Shown in pieces: positions 1 to 9,216 of a DNA stretch of 64,000 nucleotides (its first letter is position 1; each line of letters opens with the position of its first letter). The notes under the pieces were generated by a model, which was given only the letters and a program-made list of their open reading frames with translations, was not told the origin of the DNA and did no database searches. A program made the position numbers and the translations under genes. Source of the DNA: Escherichia phage JES2013; sequence record KC690136; one strand, written 5' to 3'.

Positions 1-1983
1 TTATTTGATGTTATTCTTTGTATCGATCAGTTCACGGTATTCAATCATAGCAGGAGTGTCCCAATATTTCAAGCCCACATGCTTCAAAAGTGGATATTTC
101 TTTTCCAATCTTGCAATATAGGCCTTCCCGCACTTAACCCGGTTGGCGATTAAGATTTTGGCACGATGATTTAGCTCACTGTGCTTCCACGCGGTGTTAC
201 CTTCCCACTTGTGGAAATGTGGCCGATAATTTCCAAAATCCTGCATGGGGATAATTTTCCCTAATTGTCTATACAGGCTGTCATATGAAGTTTCATTTGC
301 TGCGCGAGTCAGTAAGAATTTCCAGGCGTCCTCTTTCAACAAATGTTCCACATTTTTCTCTGTAACATACTGGCAATCAGGATTAGTCCAAAGCAGACGG
401 GATTCTGATACCAGGTACAGGTCTTCCCCTTCAGGAATCTGGAGTGCCGCACGCACACGGTCATAATTTTGCTGGTAGATGTTACTCAGCTGTCCCAGCC
501 AACAACTTCCACGTTGGATATCACCCTCATAAGGAATGCAGTGCTTAATCTTCTTGAACTCTGCCTTAGTAATACGTTCACGGCGGAAGTAACCATCCTT
601 CTCAAGCTTTTTAACCCAATAACCTGGCTCGTAATGAGTTTTTGTTTCACCTTTCTTCGCAGGTCGGCGAGGGAGCTCTGATAACAATTTGACCGTATCT
701 GCAAAGAACGGGTGGTGTGCCGCTTCTTTAAACTCTTCCACCAGATCCGTGTTACGGCAATAGAAAACGTTGCGTCCGGTGATCTCGCTTAAGTAGTTAC
801 ATTTATTTCGGTTATATTTGCCGTCTCCGTCGTTAAATACAAGGTATACACCTCGTAAGAACTCCGACTTTCCGTAACGAGCATAGCCTATGCGGCCTTT
901 ATTTAAGCCGCCAGCGAAAATTTCACAATCGCCTAAGTCGCCAAGCCCTGTTTCTTCCCAACGGTTCCACATAAAGTTTTTGCCGAAGATGTGTCCGAAC
1001 ACCCCACTATTCTTCATCATTTCACGTGCTTCTGCTGAGGTTTTTGCCGTCTCCAGTTCTGCAACAACTTCTGCCCCGCGAAGACGTATACCTTCTTTAA
1101 CAAAGGCCTCCAGGCGATCCTGGAATCCACCGTCGTCATGGCCCTCTATGGTCCATTCACGCCCAGGGTTAATATTGCAATCCCCGATAGGAATTTCCAC
1201 GCAGATTGCAGGGTAATCGGTCAATGTCTCCAGGAACTTAGAGCGGTAAGGTTGGTGACCCATCACAACACGGCTCTCATCAGAACTGGTATAACCTTTC
1301 AGGATGGTCATTTTCCAGCCATCCTTCTCGTAATGATACTGTGCCTCAACCTTGTCACCTTCTAACATCTTACTGGTCATGGGATCGGTGACGGTGAACG
1401 GAAACTTCGCATAGCGTAAGCACGATGCAATAGCAGTGCGATATTTCAGGACATGCTCTTTCTTAACATGAAACTGAACTTTTACCCCGTTGTGCTCTTC
1501 AGTCTTCCGCTCGCGGATCTTGGTAACGTTTGGGATACCCTGATCCAAGAACAACAGATATGTGCTTTCAACACCGTTGTGCACACTGATCACATCGAAA
1601 GTGTCCACCATGCTGAACGGGGCCTTTGAACCTACACCTTTATTACCTACCAGAGCGTTGCTGTTGCGCTTGGTTGACTCCCCGAGGTTCATGAAAGTGT
1701 TGCGGACCATCTCTTCCGACATGCCCAATCCAACGTCCTGCACAAAGAAGTATGGTTCAAGGTCTGTAGGAGAGTGAATGATGATCGGTACATCACCCCG
1801 TCCAGACTCAACATGGGAGTCCACAGCATTGAAGATTGGTTCACGGCAGCTTGCCAGCACCTTATCTTCGTAAATCCCTTTAATGATTAGCCCAAAAGTC
1901 TCTTTGTTCAGAGAAATTGAGCCCCTGGTGACCTCCATATTTCCGGTTAGTACTGCTTTAGTTTCATTACTGTTTACAATCAT
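1..1983 (-). CDS. rIIA: rIIA-like protein with N-terminal GHKL/HATPase-type fold
   Basis: 660-aa ORF. Motifs VQDVGLGMS and GNKGVGSKAPFSMVDTFDVISVH resemble the T4 rIIA N-terminal ATPase-like domain. Stop codon sits at positions 1-3, so the gene is complete. Confidence 0.7.
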   Translation of the reverse strand: MIVNSNETKAVLTGNMEVTRGSISLNKETFGLIIKGIYEDKVLASCREPIFNAVDSHVESGRGDVPIIIHSPTDLEPYFFVQDVGLGMSEEMVRNTFMNLGESTKRNSNALVGNKGVGSKAPFSMVDTFDVISVHNGVESTYLLFLDQGIPNVTKIRERKTEEHNGVKVQFHVKKEHVLKYRTAIASCLRYAKFPFTVTDPMTSKMLEGDKVEAQYHYEKDGWKMTILKGYTSSDESRVVMGHQPYRSKFLETLTDYPAICVEIPIGDCNINPGREWTIEGHDDGGFQDRLEAFVKEGIRLRGAEVVAELETAKTSAEAREMMKNSGVFGHIFGKNFMWNRWEETGLGDLGDCEIFAGGLNKGRIGYARYGKSEFLRGVYLVFNDGDGKYNRNKCNYLSEITGRNVFYCRNTDLVEEFKEAAHHPFFADTVKLLSELPRRPAKKGETKTHYEPGYWVKKLEKDGYFRRERITKAEFKKIKHCIPYEGDIQRGSCWLGQLSNIYQQNYDRVRAALQIPEGEDLYLVSESRLLWTNPDCQYVTEKNVEHLLKEDAWKFLLTRAANETSYDSLYRQLGKIIPMQDFGNYRPHFHKWEGNTAWKHSELNHRAKILIANRVKCGKAYIARLEKKYPLLKHVGLKYWDTPAMIEYRELIDTKNNIK

Positions 1984-2480
1984 TTATTGCGCTCCTTGTA
2001 GTAGATATGACTCCCGAATTGAGCTGTCCTCTGCATCTTTTTTGCCCATTTCGGTCGTACTTTGGTTGTATGGTAGTGTGTTGCTCCACCTGTTATGTCC
2101 ATAGCCATGTATGCAACATGGTTGTTATTATAGACCTTTAGAAGCATCTTTGCAAGACTTTTAGCGTGATCCCATGAATCTTTTTCTGTCACCTTAAAAG
2201 TTTTGCCGTGGTTTGTCCACGAAAACTGGTTAGGTTGGTAGACAATCTTTCTTATAGTGTCTGGGTATTTGGGGTGAGATTTCCTGTTTAGTGTGGCAAA
2301 CCCTGATGCCAGCATACCCATCGTGCCATCCCCTCTAGCCTCCCTGTAGATATTGCATGCCAGAATGTTTTCCTTAGTATCTGAGGGCTTGCAAGTATGA
2401 TATACTTTTTGTTTTGGTGCTGCAACAACAGGCAGCGATAAAAATGCGCTCAAAATAATAGCAAAGATCTTAATTTTCAC
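1980..2480 (-). CDS. secreted cell-wall hydrolase, SleB/Hydrolase_2-like (candidate endolysin)
   Basis: 166 aa, GTG start after GGAG. N-terminal signal-like segment MKIKIFAIILSAFLSLPVVAAP. Motif NIYREARGDG...NRK...YPDTIRKIVYQPNQFSW matches the SleB-type hydrolase signature. Confidence 0.65.
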   Translation of the reverse strand: MKIKIFAIILSAFLSLPVVAAPKQKVYHTCKPSDTKENILACNIYREARGDGTMGMLASGFATLNRKSHPKYPDTIRKIVYQPNQFSWTNHGKTFKVTEKDSWDHAKSLAKMLLKVYNNNHVAYMAMDITGGATHYHTTKVRPKWAKKMQRTAQFGSHIYYKERNK

Positions 2481-2490
2481 AATAACTCCA

Positions 2491-2517
2491 AATAGAAAAT
2501 CCCCGCCGAAGCGGGGG
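2491..2517 (-). terminator. rho-independent terminator, hairpin CCCCGC-CGAA-GCGGGG plus U-tract
   Basis: Perfect GC stem with CGAA loop, followed on the minus strand by ATTTTCTATTT. Lies between the convergent-free gap of ORFs 2530..2910 and 1980..2480. Confidence 0.6.
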
Positions 2518-2529
2518 AGGTCTTAGAAA

Positions 2530-2910
2530 TTAATCGTAGTGTGCCAAAATCTCTCCATCGTTGCAAGTTCCCTCTACAAAGTTATGAAGATTCATGCACT
2601 CATCTTGATAGAAGAATTTACCGCTTTTCAGCCGTAAGCCAAACAACTCCGCATCTCCACGATGGCAAGCCTCTACAAGTTCATAGATTTCATACGGCAA
2701 CTCTCCGTCGTCATGGAAGAACCCAGCCTTATCGTTGACATAGATGAAGAAATAATCACTGCTGTCGCAAGCGTCCAATATTTTAAACCAGATTTCATCT
2801 ACATCTTTTTCTCGGATATCGATCACGCAAGTGGAGCTGCATTCGTACTCCTTCTCCGGCTCCTCGGTCAATACCACCAGGTAGTTTCCCCGCTTACCTA
2901 CTTTAGCCAT
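2530..2910 (-). CDS. hypothetical protein
   Basis: 126-aa ORF co-oriented in the leftward early operon; no recognisable motif. Confidence 0.45.
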   Translation of the reverse strand: MAKVGKRGNYLVVLTEEPEKEYECSSTCVIDIREKDVDEIWFKILDACDSSDYFFIYVNDKAGFFHDDGELPYEIYELVEACHRGDAELFGLRLKSGKFFYQDECMNLHNFVEGTCNDGEILAHYD

Positions 2911-2919
2911 ACAACCTCC

Positions 2920-4104
2920 TTAAGCTTTAGCCAAAATGGCGCTAAACTCTTCACCAAACTCTTTTACAATCTTCATCAGGTTTGGGTATGCTTTGATCAG
3001 CTGAGCAACGATCTTGTCACGACCTTTACCGATAAGCAAGGCATTTCCTAAGGCATTAGGTTTCATCATCGCCATAAAGACTGAAAATACAAAATCTCGG
3101 TTCTCGTCCTTGAAGTTTTCCCAAAGGAAATCGAGAAAGTTTGCCACACAGCTAACAAGATCTTCGTCGGAGATACTTGCATTTTCCATCATATTACGAA
3201 TAGCGATGCAACCTTCAGATCCAAGAATCCACAAGATGTCTGGCTGTTTAGGACCTACGTATTCTTTGCAACCTCCTGCCATAATCCGACCGATTTCCGG
3301 TAAGTTGCGTTTCTTGGTGTGGTAAGTCCAGATCTCTACCGCTGCAGTGTGACCAATAGCACCTTGCAGAAGAACACGGGCCATAGCGTCAGAAATAATA
3401 CCGCTGTCAAAATCGTGCAAGATATCAGATGCAGCAACCCAAGATCGCGGTGTGGCAAAAGATGGACAATTAATCTCAGCCATGGCCTCATAATTATCGA
3501 TAGCTGATGGAACTCTTTTCAGATATCCAATTACAGAGGAGTGCACCCCATTAAGGAATGCGTAGTCCTCAATAAACACCTCTGCATTGCTTGTAACCTC
3601 TACAATGATAAAACGGTTAGCCAGAGGGGCTTCGAGCGCCGAAAGAACCGCACCATCTGTAGAACGGTTACCAGCAGCCACAAAAACAGAACCCTTAGGG
3701 AATGCATAGGTACCGCACTTGTGGTCAAGCATAATTTGCATTGCAACCTTTTGCAGGTAGTTATCTGCATGAGTGAGCTCATCCAGAAAGATAATTCCGC
3801 TCCAGTCAGGATCCGCAGGCCAAAATTCTGGAATTGCAAACACTGTACGTGTAGTTCCATCCGCTTCTACAGGGATAGGTAGCCCAGATAAGTCGGCAGG
3901 ATCTTTATCTGACAGTCGCACGTCAACAAGGTTGTCATCTCGCTCACCGAACATATTATCAGCGATCTGCTTCATCACCTGGCTTTTACCCACACCCATT
4001 GGTCCCAAAATTAGGACAGATCGGCTATGACGTTGGGCAAACTGAATAATAGCTGGCAACTCACGGACAGTGATTTGACCACTTTCGAATACGTTTCTTG
4101 ACAT
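2920..4104 (-). CDS. MoxR-like AAA+ ATPase (AAA_5 type)
   Basis: 394 aa. Walker A LILGPMGVGKSQ, Walker B IIFLDELTHA, sensor region VFVAAGN. Single-AAA domain of MoxR/CbbQ/CobS type. Confidence 0.7.
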   Translation of the reverse strand: MSRNVFESGQITVRELPAIIQFAQRHSRSVLILGPMGVGKSQVMKQIADNMFGERDDNLVDVRLSDKDPADLSGLPIPVEADGTTRTVFAIPEFWPADPDWSGIIFLDELTHADNYLQKVAMQIMLDHKCGTYAFPKGSVFVAAGNRSTDGAVLSALEAPLANRFIIVEVTSNAEVFIEDYAFLNGVHSSVIGYLKRVPSAIDNYEAMAEINCPSFATPRSWVAASDILHDFDSGIISDAMARVLLQGAIGHTAAVEIWTYHTKKRNLPEIGRIMAGGCKEYVGPKQPDILWILGSEGCIAIRNMMENASISDEDLVSCVANFLDFLWENFKDENRDFVFSVFMAMMKPNALGNALLIGKGRDKIVAQLIKAYPNLMKIVKEFGEEFSAILAKA

Positions 4105-4373
4105 TAGTAAAAGTCCTCTACTTGTGTGTAAGTGTTTTCAAAGTTTTCCAAAACAGATATCACATCGGATCTGTCAATATCATACGTGACTCTCCAGTTG
4201 TACGCAACCCTTTCTGCTGTTGCCTCTTCTGGCGCTAGTCGTCTGCTGGCATAAAAGAGTGTTGGAGTACACTTTCTTGCTTGCCCTCTAACTTTCCCAT
4301 AATAATATCTGTGAATATCTTTGTCAAAATTTAACTCTTTTTCTGCACGAAGTTCATATTGCTGGTATAACAT
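4104..4373 (-). CDS. hypothetical protein
   Basis: 89-aa ORF, start overlaps the stop of the upstream gene (translational coupling). Confidence 0.4.
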   Translation of the reverse strand: MLYQQYELRAEKELNFDKDIHRYYYGKVRGQARKCTPTLFYASRRLAPEEATAERVAYNWRVTYDIDRSDVISVLENFENTYTQVEDFY

Positions 4374-4417
4374 CTCTACTACTCCTTAAGCAGCATCCTT
4401 GCCGCCATTCCTGCCCA

Positions 4418-4798
4418 CTAAAATGCAGTCCGAATCCAGACAAGGTTCTTATCTGCCCAATCATAGAGGCAAGTCATTGCACTATTGAATTGCTCACACG
4501 GAGGATAATCTTCTTCCATCTGGCGCATAGCAGAGCCTTGTGGGTAAAGCTCCCGTGCTGCAAACCACGCATCGTAGTCATCCACGGTATCGAAGTAGTA
4601 TACAACATCCTCCAACTCAGGATCGAACTTTGAACTATCAGGATCCAGTTGTTCAGGGAACTTGGAGCGTAACTTGCCAGCCACAATACTTGCCAACTCG
4701 CTAACATGCTTATTGTCCCACTCCACTAGCTTCCCGTCTTCAGTGATGCGTCCTAACCACTGATCATGAAGGTCAACTGTTGTCTTCCACTGAGCCAT
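4418..4798 (-). CDS. hypothetical small acidic protein
   Basis: 126 aa, rich in D/E; early operon position. Confidence 0.45.
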   Translation of the reverse strand: MAQWKTTVDLHDQWLGRITEDGKLVEWDNKHVSELASIVAGKLRSKFPEQLDPDSSKFDPELEDVVYYFDTVDDYDAWFAARELYPQGSAMRQMEEDYPPCEQFNSAMTCLYDWADKNLVWIRTAF

Positions 4799-4800
4799 TA

Positions 4801-5058
4801 TCAGTCCACCTCTTCTTCTCGTTGTAGTTCAAGATACCCGTAGGTCTGGACATCTTGAAGGGTGTGGAACTCCCCCTCTGCCGCTAAGGCACGAACAACT
4901 TGGCACAAAACCTTATGAGGAACTTCATCCAAACCTAGATTCAGTGCAGGAAACACCTTATCTAAGTCAACAAAATAAACGAACTGTAGCTCACCAGCTT
5001 CAAAAGGTGTATCTTCAATAAACATCTTCTCGGCATTAGTCAAGATCTGCACTTTCAT
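4801..5058 (-). CDS. hypothetical small acidic protein
   Basis: 85 aa, acidic C-terminus REEEVD. Confidence 0.4.
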   Translation of the reverse strand: MKVQILTNAEKMFIEDTPFEAGELQFVYFVDLDKVFPALNLGLDEVPHKVLCQVVRALAAEGEFHTLQDVQTYGYLELQREEEVD

Positions 5059-5435
5059 TATTCTACCTCCTCTTCTTTTTCTTCGGCATTAGTTTCATGG
5101 CTACCCCACTCGGGAGTTTCCACCTCGATAGTAAACTCACGCACTACACGGTAATTGCCCATGAAGCGCTCTACTTCGTCAAGGCTTATGGAGAGGCCAT
5201 TGGCAACCAGGTCTGCAGCACCCTCTTCTACCAGGTAGTCCAGATTGGCTTCCAGAGCCTCAGGTTCAAACCCTGTCAATGCAATCAGATAACCTTCCCC
5301 TTCATCAGGGAGGACAATACAGCCCAATTGATTTTCTTTAAAAAGGCAGTGACCATCATTATTGATTGGGTGTTCATTGCAGTAAATAGCTGCACGATAA
5401 GTAACTTTAGACATCGGTAAGGTCTCCTTAGGCAA
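5058..5435 (-). CDS. hypothetical small acidic protein
   Basis: 125 aa, acidic tail NAEEKEEEVE; overlaps neighbours by 1-8 nt. Confidence 0.45.
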   Translation of the reverse strand: MPKETLPMSKVTYRAAIYCNEHPINNDGHCLFKENQLGCIVLPDEGEGYLIALTGFEPEALEANLDYLVEEGAADLVANGLSISLDEVERFMGNYRVVREFTIEVETPEWGSHETNAEEKEEEVE

Positions 5436-5706
5436 TTGTCATTTTACATTCTTGAAATTTTAACACAAGACGGTGATTGTGTCTAGTGTCTAAAAAGATT
5501 TTTTCAACCATCAGGTACACGGTATAACCGTCCATCTTGTTGACAACAAAATCTCCAGGGTAAGGGAGAGTGTCCCCTGGGCTGGGAAAACATAACCCGC
5601 TCAGAAAGGCATCGTCAGTGGTGGACTTAATAGATTTCCACACACTGTCTGCCTGAACATGCTCACCGACGTAATATACATTACCACATGCCTTCATCAT
5701 AGTCAA
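5428..5706 (-). CDS. hypothetical protein
   Basis: 92-aa ORF in the same operon. Confidence 0.4.
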   Translation of the reverse strand: MTMMKACGNVYYVGEHVQADSVWKSIKSTTDDAFLSGLCFPSPGDTLPYPGDFVVNKMDGYTVYLMVEKIFLDTRHNHRLVLKFQECKMTIA

Positions 5707-6602
5707 ATCCCCGCATAAATTAAACTTGTATCAGTATACTTCTTTAACGGGTAAATATCCTGTCCGTAAATGTAGTCATTAAACACCTCATCTACCCAAA
5801 GACTGCATTTATACCCCATCATTTCTAAAACGCCCATCTCTTCATCAGTGAATTTATCACCACTCTTGCAGGATGTCAATACCTCATTTTGTACTCTTGC
5901 CAGTTCAAAAATGTTGTTAGCAATGTCACTATTAACGATCAGGTATTCACCCAAAGGGTGTGCGGCATTAAAGATGCACAGTGGGAGGTTGACGTAATAG
6001 TCCCCAGGTGTATAGAAATTGTTGAGGTCCTTCACCAGAACATTCTTATCAGTCACTTCATTTATAACATCGTGCATATCGCACATCTTTATATGCTTGA
6101 GGATTCCATCTCCCATCACAAAATAAAAACTTGCTGAGATACTCTCGGCATAGATCTTACTGGACCCGTTGTAGTTGTATTTTACGCGAATACTCACGGG
6201 AGTTTTTCCTGTCGCGTTAGCCATCATCCAAAGGAACGGAAGTTCAAACTTCTCTTCTGAGGAAACAAAAGGTGAAGTTGCCAGAGATCGGAAACCTCCA
6301 GAAAAGTTGAAAGTCACAGAACCGCTCCGGCGGTATGATACCGCGTATTCTACTTTTATATCGACATACCCGTTGGAATAGGTGTGTCCTTCATTATCTA
6401 AATATGTCCACTTATCAGACCCAGATACCAATCTACGCTCAATAACCTTCATCACTATAGGAATTAGTGGGTTGGTACAAACCGCTTTTGAAGTAGCTTT
6501 AGCATCTAAAGCCTCGTAAATTGCAGAAAGGATGTCTCCAGCTGAGAGATTGGTTGTTATATCCTGTTGCCACCGAGTACTAAAACTGTTAAGATTTGCC
6601 AT
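5703..6602 (-). CDS. hypothetical protein, first gene of leftward early operon
   Basis: 299 aa. AGGAG lies 9 nt upstream of the ATG, and a strong promoter lies immediately upstream. Confidence 0.55.
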   Translation of the reverse strand: MANLNSFSTRWQQDITTNLSAGDILSAIYEALDAKATSKAVCTNPLIPIVMKVIERRLVSGSDKWTYLDNEGHTYSNGYVDIKVEYAVSYRRSGSVTFNFSGGFRSLATSPFVSSEEKFELPFLWMMANATGKTPVSIRVKYNYNGSSKIYAESISASFYFVMGDGILKHIKMCDMHDVINEVTDKNVLVKDLNNFYTPGDYYVNLPLCIFNAAHPLGEYLIVNSDIANNIFELARVQNEVLTSCKSGDKFTDEEMGVLEMMGYKCSLWVDEVFNDYIYGQDIYPLKKYTDTSLIYAGI

Positions 6603-6642
6603 GAGTGAGTGCTCCTATGTTGGTTTTCTTTTGAATGGGTGC

Positions 6643-6671
6643 ACTATATCGGAGATTTAGAGTAAAGTCAA
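6643..6671 (-). promoter_or_regulatory. sigma70-like early promoter (TTGACT - 17 nt - TATAGT)
   Basis: Read on the minus strand: TTGACTttactctaaatctccgaTATAGT, followed by AGGAG and the ATG at 6602. Confidence 0.6.
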
Positions 6672-6684
6672 CACGTTTTTGATG

Positions 6685-6713
6685 TTGACATCTGTTGAGA
6701 CAATTGATACGAT
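6685..6713 (+). promoter_or_regulatory. sigma70-like early promoter (TTGACA - 17 nt - TACGAT), divergent partner
   Basis: TTGACAtctgttgagacaattgaTACGAT. It lies inside the first 35 nt of tracked ORF 6679.., so the real start is probably downstream. Confidence 0.5.
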
Positions 6714-6744
6714 TTCTTCACTTACAGAGCACGAGAGACAACTC

Positions 6745-7722
6745 ATGAATCTTGAAAAATATTATACACCAGAAGAGTTAGAGCGCTTGCTCAAAAAATA
6801 TAGACGCAAACAGAATAACGCACGGAAACGAGATATAGAGTTCGACCTGTCGTGGGAAGAATACCTCCTATTTGGTAAAAAACTTTTAGGGGAGGGGGTA
6901 TGCGACTACACCCTTATACCTTTCGACATGCACACAGATGAGAACGGACTGGGAAATCCTTTCTACCCATCTTTGGAGCGTATAGATGATGAAGGTCCTT
7001 ACGCAATTGACAATTGTTGTGTGGTAGGGTTGAGGTGCAATGCTCTGAAAGACTGTCTGGTAGATAAAAAGACTGCAATCCTGATTAAAGACAAAACTGA
7101 TCGAAAAATTGTCCAGCAGATGATGCTCCACCTGAGCGAAGAGCGTATGGAGAAATTGAAAGGTGATTATACTTTTGAAGATTTCATCTTGCAATACGGG
7201 ACAGAAGAAGATAAACTAGCACTATTTGACGAAGAGGAAGAAGATATGTCACCGATGCAGGATTTTAAAAATTTCATGGCTGATCGTGCAGCCAACAAAC
7301 ACATTTCAGACATCGTAAACGAGACTGTGACAGAAGAAATTGAAGAACAGACCTCTGAAGAAGAAAAAGAGCCTCAGGAGGTTGAAGAGGAGATTGCAGA
7401 AGAGGTTCCTGCACTGCCTGATGATGTTGAGATTGCTAAGGCTTACACTTTCTATTGTCAAACGTTCTACGATGCAGGTATGAAAGTTGATCTGTCGTTC
7501 AGCCAATTTAAGAGTTCGTATATTCGCAAATGCTGTGCTTTAACTGGTGAACGTCTCGGAGCTGGACTTAAACCACTGTTGGTGACCGACTGGAATAAAG
7601 GTTTCACTAAAGGAAACTTTATGGTAGTATCTCCAATTATGGAGAAAGCTATGACAGATCTTATGAAGACCACCCGCATGACAATGACCGAGTTGGCAGG
7701 TATTTTCAAACACGTTAAATAA
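6745..7722 (+). CDS. hypothetical protein with two degenerate HNH/EndoVII-like segments and an acidic linker
   Basis: Tracked ORF is 6679..7722; start trimmed to Met-23 (MNLEK) because the promoter overlaps the tracked start. Segment LERIDDEGPYAIDNCCVVGLRCNALK resembles an HNH motif with the histidines replaced. Confidence 0.45.
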   Translation: MNLEKYYTPEELERLLKKYRRKQNNARKRDIEFDLSWEEYLLFGKKLLGEGVCDYTLIPFDMHTDENGLGNPFYPSLERIDDEGPYAIDNCCVVGLRCNALKDCLVDKKTAILIKDKTDRKIVQQMMLHLSEERMEKLKGDYTFEDFILQYGTEEDKLALFDEEEEDMSPMQDFKNFMADRAANKHISDIVNETVTEEIEEQTSEEEKEPQEVEEEIAEEVPALPDDVEIAKAYTFYCQTFYDAGMKVDLSFSQFKSSYIRKCCALTGERLGAGLKPLLVTDWNKGFTKGNFMVVSPIMEKAMTDLMKTTRMTMTELAGIFKHVK

Positions 7723-7727
7723 TGACA

Positions 7728-7755
7728 GGGGCCAATGGCCCCTTCTGGAGTTTTA
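7728..7755 (+). terminator. hairpin GGGGCC-AAT-GGCCCC plus U-rich tail (terminator or attenuator)
   Basis: Perfect 6-bp GC stem right after the stop at 7722; the tracked ATG at 7735 sits in the loop. Confidence 0.4.
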
Positions 7756-9216
7756 ATGGATAGCAGAAGTTCAGAAATCATTGCCTCACAGAAAGATGAT
7801 GCCCTGAGAATGTTGCAGGCTGCACGTATGTATCTCCTTGAAAAGCTGCCGTTTTATGGCACACTACTGTCAGGGTTGCAGTTCGTAGAAAACCACACAT
7901 GGTGCTCCACCATGGCAACCGACCATAAACGCATCTATTACAGTCCTGAGTTCATTATGGGATTGGCTGATGAACGCAAGGCTATTCTTAAGGCTTCTCT
8001 AACTGACGAGCAGTTTGAGATGGCTGAAGTTTTCTATTCCCCAAAATCTGTGAAAGAGGTGGCCTTCCTTCTGTCACATGAGGTGGGACATATTATCTGT
8101 GATCACCTGGTCCGTGGTAAAAGCTTTGAGCCGGAACTGTTCAATATTGCTTGTGATCACGTTATCAACACAGGTCTTGTGGTTGACTTTAGCAAGCCCC
8201 CTTGTGTTTTCTTCCCGAAGGGGAAAAGCACTACGTTCGTGAAAGGTAAGCCTTTTGGATTCTTAGCCAGCTGCTACTGCGACATGAAGTTTCATGGATG
8301 GATTGCTGAGAACGTCTATGCAGTTCTTGATAAGCAAAGAGATCAGAATAACGGTAAAAGTAAGAGCGGTAAAGGTGAGAACTCTCAAGGAGATAAGCGA
8401 CAAACCGATGATCACATGAGTGGTAACGGTGGCACCAGTGATGATCTTGGAAAGGCTATGGGGTATGATCAGCCACAACCTGTAATCAGTCAATCTGATA
8501 AAGATCAGGCCATGCAGGACTCTGGCGATATGCTGGAGGCAGCAATGCAAGCTTCCGGAGGCCGTTGCCCTGAGGCGGTTCGTGAGTTTGTCAAGAATAG
8601 AGGTAAGCCTGTAATCAATTATATAGACATCATCAAGCAACGCATGTTGTCTAAACGAAAGGCTGAACTGACCTACAGAAAACCTGGTCGCCGATCTGGG
8701 TCTTTGACCAGCACAATGCGAAAAGTTGGGGCTATAAACAAGAACCAGCACGTTATTGTTCCTGGTCGTAATCCGGAAAACACCATAGATATTGTGGTAG
8801 CTTTAGACGTTTCTGGCTCGATCTCTCAAAGAACTTTAAAGAAAATGTTCAATGAAATCACCGGATTGTGCAATCTGTATAAAGAGTTTAAGGTTACAAT
8901 GTTCTGTTGGTCAACCGAGATTGGAGAGGTCAAAGTATACACTCGCGGCAACATAGACGAGATGATCAACTATGAGGTCCACTCAACATGGGGCACAACA
9001 GCTGCTTGCGTGTTCGAGTATCTGGATGCCAACATACCAAATGCAAAAGATGTCATCGTCCTGACCGACCTATACTTTGAGCATAACTTTGAACAAAAGG
9101 CTGTTGACAACAAGTGGAAAAAGTACGATACTTTATGGGTTCTCACCGAAGGGTATAATAAAAATTATATCCCGAGCTTTGGGAAAACTGTGGAATTAAT
9201 CGAGTACGCCAAGTAA
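7756..9216 (+). CDS. two-domain protein: N-terminal putative zinc metallopeptidase (HExxH) plus C-terminal vWA domain
   Basis: Tracked ORF is 7735..9216; start trimmed to the in-frame ATG at 7756, which has GGAG upstream. Motifs LSHEVGHIICDH and ACDHVIN, then vWA MIDAS-like VVALDVSGSIS. Confidence 0.7.
   Translation: MDSRSSEIIASQKDDALRMLQAARMYLLEKLPFYGTLLSGLQFVENHTWCSTMATDHKRIYYSPEFIMGLADERKAILKASLTDEQFEMAEVFYSPKSVKEVAFLLSHEVGHIICDHLVRGKSFEPELFNIACDHVINTGLVVDFSKPPCVFFPKGKSTTFVKGKPFGFLASCYCDMKFHGWIAENVYAVLDKQRDQNNGKSKSGKGENSQGDKRQTDDHMSGNGGTSDDLGKAMGYDQPQPVISQSDKDQAMQDSGDMLEAAMQASGGRCPEAVREFVKNRGKPVINYIDIIKQRMLSKRKAELTYRKPGRRSGSLTSTMRKVGAINKNQHVIVPGRNPENTIDIVVALDVSGSISQRTLKKMFNEITGLCNLYKEFKVTMFCWSTEIGEVKVYTRGNIDEMINYEVHSTWGTTAACVFEYLDANIPNAKDVIVLTDLYFEHNFEQKAVDNKWKKYDTLWVLTEGYNKNYIPSFGKTVELIEYAK

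Noticed and set aside
6679-6744. First 22 codons of tracked ORF 6679..7722
   Set aside because: A near-consensus -35/-10 promoter for this very gene lies inside this stretch, so translation more likely starts at the next Met.
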